Shown here in pieces: positions 40,103 through 48,887 of a stretch of 64,000 nucleotides of DNA. The translations under genes and the position numbers were made by a program. The first letter of the stretch is position 1, and the number at the start of each line of letters is the position of its first letter. The notes beneath the pieces were generated by a model, which saw only the letters and a list, made by a program, of their open reading frames with translations, did not search any database and was not told the origin of the DNA. This DNA is from a virus, in the IMG/VR virus record IMGVR_UViG_3300047322_000252, positions 54,221-118,220 of that record; one strand, given 5' to 3'.

Positions 40103-40982
40103 TCCTTGGACGCTGGTGACCGGCCCGGTCGGGGCGAAGGGTACGCCGCAGTCCGTTCCCAGCGTGCCGGTGCGGCGCTACTGCTTCGACTTCCCCAGCA
40201 CTGGTAACCCGGCTCATGGCGGGTTCCTCTTCGCCTACAACGTCAAGAACTACGTGACGCAGACCGGCGCCCCCCACCAGCGGCTTGTGGCGTATCGCAC
40301 GGCGCAGGGGCAGGTCGTCCTCGAAGGCCTCATCTATGCGCTCACGCCGGACACCGGCATCCTCTTCTACTTGCCGTGGGACATGCTTCCGTATCCTGAG
40401 ACGCTTCGCCTGGTGTGTCTTCAGAACACCGGCAACCAGCAGGGCCGGTCCGACATCTACTACAACAGCACCTACGGCTGGGTCTACGAAGTGAACAGCA
40501 CAGCGGTCACGTACCAGAACCAGTTCACGGCGGTGCATGCCATCTATCAGACCCACGTGCCTGTGATGTGGGTGGACTTCGGCATGAAGGTGAGCGCCCA
40601 GCAGGGACCGGGGTACACCACCATCTACACGGTGGGACCAGGGCAGATCAGCGGCTACTTGAAGGGCGCTCCGTTAACGGTTACGTTTCCGGCGGTGCAA
40701 ACGGTTCAGTTGCCGTACACACCGTCCGGCTCCAACCTCACTGCCTGGCTCTACTACGACGCAGCGGCGGGGGCGTTCAACCACCGTGTCGGCAACCAAG
40801 GCACGTTTGACGTCTACCCCACGCCGTGGATACAGATGGCCGACCGTGGTCAGGTTGTGTTGGCACAACACGTCATGAACTACGCCGCTTCGTCGTACGA
40901 TCCGACCTCGCTCATGGACCACCGCTGGCTTCTGCGTGGTCCGCTCGACGTCCCTTCCGGCACTCCCGGAGCCTTGATCTGA
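40095..40982 (+). CDS. Tail-associated protein
   Basis: Coupled within the fibre cluster; ends D.RWL like the upstream gene. Confidence 0.55.
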   Translation: MSNPWTLVTGPVGAKGTPQSVPSVPVRRYCFDFPSTGNPAHGGFLFAYNVKNYVTQTGAPHQRLVAYRTAQGQVVLEGLIYALTPDTGILFYLPWDMLPYPETLRLVCLQNTGNQQGRSDIYYNSTYGWVYEVNSTAVTYQNQFTAVHAIYQTHVPVMWVDFGMKVSAQQGPGYTTIYTVGPGQISGYLKGAPLTVTFPAVQTVQLPYTPSGSNLTAWLYYDAAAGAFNHRVGNQGTFDVYPTPWIQMADRGQVVLAQHVMNYAASSYDPTSLMDHRWLLRGPLDVPSGTPGALI

Positions 40983-41401
40983 TGGCCGGGGAATGGGCAC
41001 GGCTCACCGGGCCGAAGGGTGATCGGGCTACTCCGTACGTGGTCCACGCCATGCCAGTCATCCAGGTCCTCGTGCTCCTCACGAACGGTGGTTCCCAACT
41101 CATCCAGTACGACACCTCCTGGACCGTGCCTCGTGTTGTTAGAACATGGGATAACATGTGTTTCATGGAGGGATTGATCCGTCGCACCGACAGTGCCACC
41201 ATCGCTGGTGGGATCATCTGCAATCTTCCGGCTGGCTTCCGGCCCGAAGCCCGAACGCTGCTCAACAGTGTGGCGTCGGCCGATGGCATCAACTGCTTCG
41301 CCCGGGTCGATGTTGACCCCAACGGCGACGTGACCTACCAGGCGTCGATGGCTGCATCGGGCTGGATCTCCCCCGCAGGTCGCTGGTACGCCGTGCAGTA
41401 A
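40982..41401 (+). CDS. Tail fibre-associated protein
   Basis: TGATG overlap; LPAGFRP...ARVDV...G motif. Confidence 0.55.
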   Translation: MAGEWARLTGPKGDRATPYVVHAMPVIQVLVLLTNGGSQLIQYDTSWTVPRVVRTWDNMCFMEGLIRRTDSATIAGGIICNLPAGFRPEARTLLNSVASADGINCFARVDVDPNGDVTYQASMAASGWISPAGRWYAVQ

Positions 41402-41438
41402 CACGTCCGGCCTGGTCCCAGGGTCTACGCTCCCCCTC

Positions 41439-41993
41439 GTGCCGTCGTTCACCACCTTCCAGGGCCGTGAATACCCAGCTAGCGACGCCCCGTTTGATGT
41501 CACAAGAACCGGAGGGCCGCAGCCCTTCTTCCGTGACGACCTGGATGCACGGCGCAGCATGTGGCGCCAGACGCCCGAGGCGCAGTACCCGGACGGCTAC
41601 CTCGGCACGCTGAACAGTCGGCGCTCCGACCGGCTGATGAACAACCTCATCGACCGGGCCAAGCAGCGGCCCTACACGAGGGGCATCCACAAGGGCGAGC
41701 GGGTCGAGCACCGGGACTACTTCTGGCCCGAGGAGTTCAACCCTTGGACGGGCCTCGAACTCCAGGCCATCGGTGAGAAGTTCGCCCCGCCCGGCATGGG
41801 CCGGGAGTGGAACGGCGACTCCTCCATCTGGGACAACCCCACCATCGGGCCGAAGGGCATCCCTCGGGGTCGCACCGAGGTGTACGGCGCCATCGATCCC
41901 AACGTGCGGGAGAGCATGCTGCGTCAGGTACCACCGTGGAGCACCGGGCGTCCGCAGACACCGATGTCGGTGATGCCAGGAAGGATGATGTGA
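41439..41993 (+). CDS. Hypothetical phage protein
   Basis: Leaderless TACGCT, 7 nt, GTG; YPDGYLGT. Confidence 0.65.
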   Translation: MPSFTTFQGREYPASDAPFDVTRTGGPQPFFRDDLDARRSMWRQTPEAQYPDGYLGTLNSRRSDRLMNNLIDRAKQRPYTRGIHKGERVEHRDYFWPEEFNPWTGLELQAIGEKFAPPGMGREWNGDSSIWDNPTIGPKGIPRGRTEVYGAIDPNVRESMLRQVPPWSTGRPQTPMSVMPGRMM

Positions 41994-42103
41994 TGGCAGA
42001 ACAACGGCGAGGCATTGACACTGACAAAGACGAGGTGAAGCTGGAGGTCTACGACGAGGACGAGCACGGTCAGGTGGGTCCCGAGGAGAAGGAGGAGAAG
42101 TGA
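41993..42103 (+). CDS. Small acidic peptide (36 aa)
   Basis: TGATG and GTGA couplings on both sides. Confidence 0.45.
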   Translation: MAEQRRGIDTDKDEVKLEVYDEDEHGQVGPEEKEEK

Positions 42104-42999
42104 GCTACCTCCCCGGCGCTCCCGGCTTCCTGGTGAAGCCCGAAGACTGGGGTGCTCGCTTCGCCAGTCGTTACGACCCGGCCAACGGGCGCCCCACGAT
42201 CACACCCTGCACCAAGCTCATCGTCCACCATTCGGCCTCGAACCAGCCTCCAGCGGGTCAGGAAGCAGCGTTCAGCAGGCAGATCGAGAGCTACGGAGAG
42301 GGACGTGACGGAGCAGCCATCGAGTACAACTACCTGGTCTATCCAACGGGCGTCCTGCACGGTGGCTTCGGTGACACCCGAGGATGCCATGCAGTCGCTC
42401 CAGATCCTTCGACAGGACGAGCCTTCAACTCTTCCTCCATCGGTATCTGCTTCATCGGGTTCTTCCATCAGCCCTACAACATGGAGCCGACTGCGGAGTC
42501 CATCGAGGCATTTCAGGCCTGGCTCTCCTGGATGGTCGCCAGCGGACGGCTGACCGATGATGTGATAACACGAGCCTCATCGAGGGGTCAGCCGGGGTGG
42601 TACGGGCACCGGGACGTGGGTGCCACGGCCTGTCCGGGCGACGATCTCTACCCCCTGCTGCCCAGCATCATCCAGATCGGGACTGCTCCCGCACCCATCC
42701 CCACCCCCACGCCACCGCAACCATCGGGAGACGACGACATGCCCACACCCTGCGGCTTCATCCAGTGCAACGCCGGTACCAAGGGCCACCACGTGGACGG
42801 CTCCGAGTGGACGGCGCCGGTCAACGGCACCACCTTCAAGGTGAACCCGGGCGGGACCATCCAGTGGGTCCATGCGGGCGAGCTTGACGACGCCACCGCT
42901 GTGCTGGCTGCTGCCGGGGCCAAGACCGACACGTGGGACGGGGCTGTTGGAGTGCCCGACGCCTTCGGCTGTCTGGTGGGAGACAAGCCCTATGCCTGA
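42100..42999 (+). CDS. Endolysin, N-acetylmuramoyl-L-alanine amidase (Amidase_2/PGRP-like)
   Basis: IVHHSA, YNYLV, H, N..SIGICFIG, GHRDV..TACPG. Confidence 0.9.
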   Translation: MSYLPGAPGFLVKPEDWGARFASRYDPANGRPTITPCTKLIVHHSASNQPPAGQEAAFSRQIESYGEGRDGAAIEYNYLVYPTGVLHGGFGDTRGCHAVAPDPSTGRAFNSSSIGICFIGFFHQPYNMEPTAESIEAFQAWLSWMVASGRLTDDVITRASSRGQPGWYGHRDVGATACPGDDLYPLLPSIIQIGTAPAPIPTPTPPQPSGDDDMPTPCGFIQCNAGTKGHHVDGSEWTAPVNGTTFKVNPGGTIQWVHAGELDDATAVLAAAGAKTDTWDGAVGVPDAFGCLVGDKPYA

Positions 43000-43168
43000 C
43001 GAGGGCGACCACTACCGACGTCAAGTTCCGATGGCGCCCACGGAGGCCGAGCGCCTGGAGTTGAAGCGTGAGGACAGTGGCTTCGCCTTCGAGTTGAACC
43101 ACCCACCCGTTCGGCGGTCCCGCCTCGCCCACTTCGACATTGGGCGTATCGGTGGTGCAGGTGACTGA
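42992..43168 (+). CDS. Hypothetical protein (58 aa)
   Basis: Coupled between the lysin and the membrane protein. Confidence 0.45.
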   Translation: MPDEGDHYRRQVPMAPTEAERLELKREDSGFAFELNHPPVRRSRLAHFDIGRIGGAGD

Positions 43169-43488
43169 TGAGCGACCCCGGCCACGTTGGGCCGAAGATC
43201 TACCCCACGTGGTTCGACGTCATCCGGCAGATCGTCATGTTCATACTCGGGGTGGCACTGGTCATCTTCGCAGTGGTCACGCCGGGCTACGACATCCCGT
43301 TCCTGGTCATGTCGCTCATACTCTTCGGACTGGTGCCTGCCGAACGGTTCTTGCTCCGCAAGGAAGCTCAGAAGGAGGAAGCTGATGCCCGGTCACGACC
43401 ACGGCGCCTCGATCAAGAAGGGCGACGAGTACGAGGCCCTGCGGGAGAAGGGGGCGAGCAAGTCGAAGGCGGCGGCGATCTCGAATGA
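43168..43488 (+). CDS. Holin candidate (2 TM)
   Basis: Two hydrophobic helices, charged tail, next to the endolysin. Confidence 0.55.
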   Translation: MSDPGHVGPKIYPTWFDVIRQIVMFILGVALVIFAVVTPGYDIPFLVMSLILFGLVPAERFLLRKEAQKEEADARSRPRRLDQEGRRVRGPAGEGGEQVEGGGDLE

Positions 43489-43564
43489 GGCAGCCAAGGG
43501 TCCGGCAGCCCGCAGCAAGATGGCCAAGAAGGCGGCGGCGACCAGGAAGAAGCGGGGTACCTGA
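43385..43564 (+). CDS. Small basic protein resembling actinobacterial 'YEALR..GASK.KAA.I.N' proteins
   Basis: AAGGAGG RBS; YEALREKGASKSKAAAISN; Lys/Arg tail. Confidence 0.65.
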   Translation: MPGHDHGASIKKGDEYEALREKGASKSKAAAISNEAAKGPAARSKMAKKAAATRKKRGT

Positions 43565-43893
43565 TGAGCTACGTAGGTGGAGGCTGGCGCTCTGGTTCCG
43601 CTGCTGATGTGGCAACAGGGGCCAACTCCACGGCCACGGTGTCCGGCGTGGCTCCTACCACCTACGCCCGCAAGAATCAGATCACGTTGACGGTGACGGG
43701 CACCGGCTTCACCAACCTCACCGTCATCCACGCCAACTACGCCCCGGTGGCGACCACCTTCGACAGCGCCACCCAGTTGCGCTGCGTGGGCTTCAACACC
43801 ACGCCCGACAACGGTGCGGCAGGACCCATTCTCATCGGTGTGCGCAAGCCCGGCGAGAAGATGTCCGGCACCCAGACCTTCAACGCCACCTGA
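43564..43893 (+). CDS. IPT/TIG (Ig-like) domain protein
   Basis: V.P......TLTVTGTGF...TTFDSATQL. Confidence 0.65.
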   Translation: MSYVGGGWRSGSAADVATGANSTATVSGVAPTTYARKNQITLTVTGTGFTNLTVIHANYAPVATTFDSATQLRCVGFNTTPDNGAAGPILIGVRKPGEKMSGTQTFNAT

Positions 43894-44078
43894 TGCAGGT
43901 CAGCACGCAGTTTCAGCAGCAGCAGCTAGCGGGTATTGGGGGCGAGGAAGCACGCCCCATCGCTCGTGTAGAGCATCCCGCCAGGGGCCATCGCACCCCT
44001 ACGTTCACCGAGGGACGGCGGGGCGAGCAGTTCAAGACTCGGAGAGAGATGAACACCGAGGACGCACCCGAAAGGTGA
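43893..44078 (+). CDS. Hypothetical protein
   Basis: TGATG coupling. Confidence 0.5.
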   Translation: MQVSTQFQQQQLAGIGGEEARPIARVEHPARGHRTPTFTEGRRGEQFKTRREMNTEDAPER

Positions 44079-44084
44079 CACAAC

Positions 44085-44297
44085 ATGCACATGCTCGCAG
44101 ACATAGCCAGCGGGAACACCGGCACCGCCGACGTTCTCTTCCTGATCGCCGCCATCCTCTTCGGGATCGCTGCGCTCACTCACTTCTTCGCCCCGCACGG
44201 TGGCCCTGAGGCTCCCCGGGCTGCGTACTGGGGCTGGACGCCTGCTCTGGTGGACGCTGGCCTCTGCCTGATAGCCATCGGTTGGCTGGTGTTGTGA
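44085..44297 (+). CDS. Small 2-TM membrane protein
   Basis: ADVLFLIAAILFGIAA; LVDAGLCLIAIGWLVL; AAAGG RBS. Confidence 0.65.
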   Translation: MHMLADIASGNTGTADVLFLIAAILFGIAALTHFFAPHGGPEAPRAAYWGWTPALVDAGLCLIAIGWLVL

Positions 44298-44342
44298 GCA
44301 CAGTGTCAGTGTCAATGGTCCGGATGTTGTAGGTTCGGAGCC

Positions 44343-44762
44343 ATGGCTGTTCGCTTCCTCGAAGAGGGGTATGAGTATCTGGACCCCATGTCGGGGGCCA
44401 GCACGGCAGGATCAGTCGTGCTGTACGACGACGAGCAGCCTCCCCTGCTCATGCCGTGGGAGGATCGGCCCGGCTACAGCCAGGCTGAGATGATCGCCTC
44501 CGACGCTCTGCGTTGGATGGGCACGCCTCGTGAGCAGCTAGCAATGATCCGTCCGCCAGTGCCCCAGCAGTTGTTCCCACCCCGTTTCGGGTACGTTCAC
44601 GAGCCGGTCACCGTCGAGGACATCTTCTACGGGGACTGGACGCCTCGGCAGCGGTCTTGGGTGTCTCCTCCGATCGCTACGCCTCGGCGCCGGTATGAAG
44701 AGGAGCAGATGTGGTCGGGTACCGACCGCAACGTGAGCATCAGCACTAGCCCGCTGGGCTGA
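44343..44762 (+). CDS. Hypothetical protein
   Basis: Leaderless TAGGTT, 7 nt, ATG. Confidence 0.6.
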   Translation: MAVRFLEEGYEYLDPMSGASTAGSVVLYDDEQPPLLMPWEDRPGYSQAEMIASDALRWMGTPREQLAMIRPPVPQQLFPPRFGYVHEPVTVEDIFYGDWTPRQRSWVSPPIATPRRRYEEEQMWSGTDRNVSISTSPLG

Positions 44763-44773
44763 GAGGAGGGACC

Positions 44774-45439
44774 ATCTCGGATCAACCGCCGAGTTCGGCA
44801 CCGTGGGGCTGGGACGTCTACACGGAGACTCGCTCCGAGTGGGTCCCCAAGCCAGATCCCAATCCCATCGTCATCCACTGGACCATCGGTCCGATCGGCT
44901 TGAAGCCCGCCAACTGGCAGGCCGAGCCACCGCAGCACCCTCCATACGAGCAACCAGAAAGTGAGATCACCTTGCAGTTGACAGCAGATCAGATGGTCAG
45001 CCTGGCCGTGAGCGGGACCGACAAGTACGGCAACCCCACCGACATCTCGGGTGCCGGTGTGTGGCAGTCGAGTGACCCCGCCATCATCGTGGTGCGGCAG
45101 AACAAGAGCGCCAACCCGCAGGAGTGCCTCGCCATTGCGGTCGGGCCGGTCGGCGCCGCCAGCGTCGTCTACACCAACGATGCCAACTGGGACGGCTCCG
45201 GTGACTTCATCGGTTCCATCTCGTTCGAGGTGACGGGTGGGCAGATGTCCGAGATCACCATCACGGCGGGCGAGCCGGAGAGCAAGCCTGGTGGCGGGCA
45301 GCCCGAGCCTCCTCCGGTCGAGGGTGGCGGCGAAACGCCCGACAGCGGCGCCCACCCGGACAACACGCTCCCCAACGAGCTTCCCGTCACCGGGGAGCCT
45401 CCGGTGGTGGACCCCCGGACCGGCCAGCCCCGCCGCTAG
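44774..45439 (+). CDS. Ig-like domain protein with Pro-rich tail (start uncertain: ATC 44774, TTG 44900 or TTG 44972)
   Basis: QLTADQ.V.L.V...D.YGNP...W.SSDP Ig-like pattern. Confidence 0.55.
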   Translation: MSDQPPSSAPWGWDVYTETRSEWVPKPDPNPIVIHWTIGPIGLKPANWQAEPPQHPPYEQPESEITLQLTADQMVSLAVSGTDKYGNPTDISGAGVWQSSDPAIIVVRQNKSANPQECLAIAVGPVGAASVVYTNDANWDGSGDFIGSISFEVTGGQMSEITITAGEPESKPGGGQPEPPPVEGGGETPDSGAHPDNTLPNELPVTGEPPVVDPRTGQPRR

Positions 45440-45446
45440 CAGCCTC

Positions 45447-45475
45447 GGGCGTGGGAGGTACCCCCTCTCACGCCC
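45447..45475 (+). terminator. Hairpin after the Ig-like gene
   Basis: GGGCGTGGGAGG...CCTCTCACGCCC. Confidence 0.5.
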
Positions 45476-45514
45476 TCCGCTGTTCTACGCTGCGCCCCAG
45501 CGAGAGGAGTTGTC

Positions 45515-45787
45515 ATGGCTCAGGCAGTGGACCGCAGCATGGTGGCCGAGTTCCGCCAGGGCTGCATCGACAACACCTACATCTCGGTTGCCCCCGGCAC
45601 TGGTGGCCTCGTGGAGATGCAGGGCCGGGTCGATCGAGCGATCAACCAGATGCCCTACCAGTACCTGAACGCCGAGGTGAAGGGGATGGACCCCTTCGAC
45701 ATCGCCCGAGCGCACCGGGCCTCCATCCCGATGCAGCCCCACTCCCGCTACGTGCCCCGGCGTGATCCGGTGGGCCGAGGCTTCTGA
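45515..45787 (+). CDS. Hypothetical protein
   Basis: GAGGAG RBS; TACGCT -10 at 45486. Confidence 0.6.
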   Translation: MAQAVDRSMVAEFRQGCIDNTYISVAPGTGGLVEMQGRVDRAINQMPYQYLNAEVKGMDPFDIARAHRASIPMQPHSRYVPRRDPVGRGF

Positions 45788-45909
45788 TGGCCAAGCAGCC
45801 CGCCCCCAAGGAGAAGAAGAAGGCGTCCACCAAGGACGACAAGTTCGGGGGCAAGCGAGCGCCCGCCTTCGGCTCCGAGGAGAAGACCGAGACGAAGGGG
45901 AAGAAGTGA
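45787..45909 (+). CDS. Lys-rich 40-aa basic peptide
   Basis: MAKQPAPKEKKKASTKDDKFGGKRAPAFGSEEKTETKGKK; TGATG couplings. Confidence 0.55.
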   Translation: MAKQPAPKEKKKASTKDDKFGGKRAPAFGSEEKTETKGKK

Positions 45910-46172
45910 TGGCCGGACACGGATCACCGCCTGCCGAGGACAAGGCCAACCATCCTGGCCGTCAGGTCGGTCGCAGCACCGCATCCCTCGCTCCGCAAGG
46001 CATCGGCCCCGTCTACGGCCCGCCTTCGCCGGGCTTCGAGGGCGTGCGTGGCGCTGCTGACTCGCCCGCCAGCGCTGACCCCATGGAGGCCCGCCTCCGT
46101 CGTATGGGGGCGACCGGCGCCTCGAACAAGGGCTGGTTGAAGAACCTGGTCGAGAAGGGCATGGACGGCTAG
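45909..46172 (+). CDS. MAGHGS-leader protein 1
   Basis: MAGHGSPPAEDKANHPGRQV; TGATG coupling. Confidence 0.7.
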   Translation: MAGHGSPPAEDKANHPGRQVGRSTASLAPQGIGPVYGPPSPGFEGVRGAADSPASADPMEARLRRMGATGASNKGWLKNLVEKGMDG

Positions 46173-46382
46173 ATGGCCGGACACGGTTCGTCTCCCCCCG
46201 ATGACAAGGCCCGGCATCCTGGTCGTGTTGTCACACCGGAGACGTTCTCGACGTCGGGTATGAGCGACGCCGACATCCGAGCGCACCGAGTCGCCACGCA
46301 CGCCTACGAGCTTCGGCCTGCTTGGAACGACGACGATGCCTGGGAAGAGGGCCGCAGGCTCAATCGTGAGGGGTATGACTGA
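46173..46382 (+). CDS. MAGHGS-leader protein 2
   Basis: MAGHGSSPPDDKARHPGRVV. Confidence 0.7.
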   Translation: MAGHGSSPPDDKARHPGRVVTPETFSTSGMSDADIRAHRVATHAYELRPAWNDDDAWEEGRRLNREGYD

Positions 46383-46609
46383 TGGCCGGGCATGGCTCTG
46401 GCCCTGCTGAGGATCGAGCCAACCACCCCGGTCGCAAGGTGGACCGAGGGTCAGGCAGTGTCGAGTCCTACGTGCGCTTCCGAGGGCGGGGCTACAGCCC
46501 AGCGCAGGCCTTGGAGTGGGCACGAGGTGCGGGTGTGAAGCGTGAGCCGATCACCCGGCCGTTGAGCGAGTACTTCAAGCCACACGAGATCAACGAGTAC
46601 AAGGCGTAG
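46382..46609 (+). CDS. MAGHGS-leader protein 3
   Basis: MAGHGSGPAEDRANHPGRKV. Confidence 0.7.
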   Translation: MAGHGSGPAEDRANHPGRKVDRGSGSVESYVRFRGRGYSPAQALEWARGAGVKREPITRPLSEYFKPHEINEYKA

Positions 46610-46617
46610 GAGGGATC

Positions 46618-46920
46618 ATGGCAGGACATGGATCGGCACCGCCCCCGGATCGGGCGAACGAATCTGGTCGTGTCGTGCATCGAGACTCGGGTATGCACAG
46701 CGAAGAGGGCGAGCACGGCCGCATCAACGAGTACCGGCCTCCGGTGGGGTCCGGCTCCAAGCTCAGCGACCGAGGGACCCGCTACGCCTGGACCACGAGC
46801 ACCGACATGTTCAGCGGTGGCCGAGGTGGGAGCGTGCGCACCCTCCAGCGGGCACGTGCGGCTCTGCGGATAACGGCGCAACGACGGGCTGAGGGCCGGG
46901 ACAGGTACTCAGGCCTCTGA
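46618..46920 (+). CDS. MAGHGS-leader protein 4
   Basis: MAGHGSAPPPDRANESGRVV; AGGAGG RBS. Confidence 0.7.
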   Translation: MAGHGSAPPPDRANESGRVVHRDSGMHSEEGEHGRINEYRPPVGSGSKLSDRGTRYAWTTSTDMFSGGRGGSVRTLQRARAALRITAQRRAEGRDRYSGL

Positions 46921-47474
46921 TGCCCCGCCTCGTCTCCTGTCACGTCTGCCGGGTGCTGTCGAGCCTCCCGGACCCACCGGCCAAGGCGCCGTTGGTCCCT
47001 GCTCGCATCGCCTGGATGGAGGGCGGGCGGGAGGTCGAGTACATCTTCCGGGACGAGACGGGTCAGGTGGCGATGGTCGCCATGTACGACCCCGCCTTGG
47101 AGGACTGGATGACCCGGCACGAGCACCCCGAGGTGCCCGAGGACCGGATGCGCAAGCATGACATCTACGCCACCGACCAGGCGAGCTTCAACGCTGGCTT
47201 CGTGGCCCAGATGAAGAAGGAGATCGAAGAGGCCCACCAGTCTGCATACTCCGAGCGGGACCAGGTCAAGGAAGACGCTTTGCAGTGCTTCGAGCGGCAT
47301 CACCGGCCCACAGACGGCTGCATGGACGTGTTCAGCGAGGCCAAGCTCTTGGGAGGGCACGAGTCGAACAAGCGCATGCCGATGAACGACCGCATGTACC
47401 TGTGCCACGCCTGCCCGTTCGTCCACGGCTACGTCATCCCTGACGTCCGGCACAAGAAGGGGATGTACCGCTGA
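46920..47474 (+). CDS. Cys/His-containing hypothetical phage protein
   Basis: MPRL..C..C; C...H.RP...C; YLC..CP. Confidence 0.65.
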   Translation: MPRLVSCHVCRVLSSLPDPPAKAPLVPARIAWMEGGREVEYIFRDETGQVAMVAMYDPALEDWMTRHEHPEVPEDRMRKHDIYATDQASFNAGFVAQMKKEIEEAHQSAYSERDQVKEDALQCFERHHRPTDGCMDVFSEAKLLGGHESNKRMPMNDRMYLCHACPFVHGYVIPDVRHKKGMYR

Positions 47475-47971
47475 TGCTCTCCGACGACCAGTTCAGCGGC
47501 CTGGCTCAGCGGGTCAACGAGGGCGGTGGCTTCTCGGTGCGCACTCATGGCCCCAAGGCCGGGGAGGAAGCCGAGAACGCCTTCATGGTGGGGACGCTCC
47601 GACACGGCCAGGACGTGCCCATGCCGACCAGCGGCGGCACGTTGAAGGGCTTCGCTGAGTCCCGTAGTCCCGAACTGAGCCGCACCGACCGCTTCATGGG
47701 CGGCTGGGCCGGGGGCAAGGCAGCCAGCCTGGACGTGTCCCAGGCCTTCCCGCTCACCAAGCGGGGCGAGGTCGGTGCCCGGCGCATGGGCATAGCCGAA
47801 GGCCAGAAGGCCATCGGCAAGGTTGGTCCCGGTGGTGAGTATCAGGGCGACGTCATGGCCCCCATGGTCAAGCGTCACGGCGGAAAGGAAGGGCCGCAGG
47901 TGCCCTTCCACAGTGCCGCCAACAAGTCCTGGGTCTACGGACCCGTCAAGTCACGTCGGCCGAAGGCGTGA
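47474..47971 (+). CDS. Hypothetical protein
   Basis: TGATG coupling; GGW....LDVS...Q.AI. Confidence 0.6.
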   Translation: MLSDDQFSGLAQRVNEGGGFSVRTHGPKAGEEAENAFMVGTLRHGQDVPMPTSGGTLKGFAESRSPELSRTDRFMGGWAGGKAASLDVSQAFPLTKRGEVGARRMGIAEGQKAIGKVGPGGEYQGDVMAPMVKRHGGKEGPQVPFHSAANKSWVYGPVKSRRPKA

Positions 47972-48155
47972 TCCGTTGCTTCGGCGTGACGTCGTAGACG
48001 ACCAGGGTGTAGTCCTGGTGCAGAGGGCACAGATGCCGCTGCTGCGGGCTGACGTAGCCCGTATCCGGGATGGCGGGCACTGGCTCCTCGCACACGGCGC
48101 AGGTGGCCGACTTGGCGGTCATCATCCGGTGCTTGGAGACGTTCACGTCGGGCAT
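47946..48155 (-). CDS. Small Zn-binding hypothetical protein
   Basis: Leaderless TACCAT, 6 nt, ATG; CAVC...HLC..H. Confidence 0.45.
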   Translation of the reverse strand: MPDVNVSKHRMMTAKSATCAVCEEPVPAIPDTGYVSPQQRHLCPLHQDYTLVVYDVTPKQRITPSADVT

Positions 48156-48203
48156 GTGTACATGGTACCAAACCTTTGCATACTTTCCTCGGCGGTGAGC
48201 TAG

Positions 48204-48887
48204 ATGCCTCGCAAACGGCAGGAGGTATTCGGCCAGCAGAAGTTGGACATCGGTGAAGGGACATCCCAGACCTGGACCCCTTCGCCGGAAGTCGTGTCGG
48301 GCGCTAAGAAGTATGCAGCTTCACACGGCAGAGAGGTGTCGAGCGAGGGCCTTGGAACCATCCAGCATCAGGCCCGAACGGCCTATGCGACCCACTTGGA
48401 GCGGCGCAAGAATGAGGGCCAGCCCATGACCCCGGACACGTCGGCGTCATACGATGCGCTGCGCCAGGGCATCGGAGAGCAGTTCGCCCATCTGACCACG
48501 CCCAAGCACCAGGGCGGCATGGGCTTCCACTTCGAGGCCACGTCCCATGACCCGTATCCCACGGCCGAGCACATGGCTGCCGATGTGGCGCAAGGACGCA
48601 TCAAGGTCCTCTCCACCGCCAGTACAGGTGGGCACGGCCTCCTCTCGGACTTGGAGAATGACCAGTTTCGGGCTGTCCATGACGTGTTCGGCCACGCTGC
48701 AACGGGGCGAGGATTCTCACGGCACGGTGAGGAGGCTGCGTATCAGCATCACGCTCAGATGTTCGCCCCGGAGGCCCGGCCAGCACTCTCGGCTGAGCTT
48801 CGTTCGCAGACCGCCTCCCTCATCTTCTCCGGGGACTTCCCGCCCAACGCCCCGGTGAACCTGCCCAAGACCGGGAGGATGAAGTGA
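48204..48887 (+). CDS. Hypothetical protein with HDxxGH (zincin-like) motif
   Basis: FRAVHDVFGH...G.GF...GEE.A...H..MF. Confidence 0.6.
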   Translation: MPRKRQEVFGQQKLDIGEGTSQTWTPSPEVVSGAKKYAASHGREVSSEGLGTIQHQARTAYATHLERRKNEGQPMTPDTSASYDALRQGIGEQFAHLTTPKHQGGMGFHFEATSHDPYPTAEHMAADVAQGRIKVLSTASTGGHGLLSDLENDQFRAVHDVFGHAATGRGFSRHGEEAAYQHHAQMFAPEARPALSAELRSQTASLIFSGDFPPNAPVNLPKTGRMK

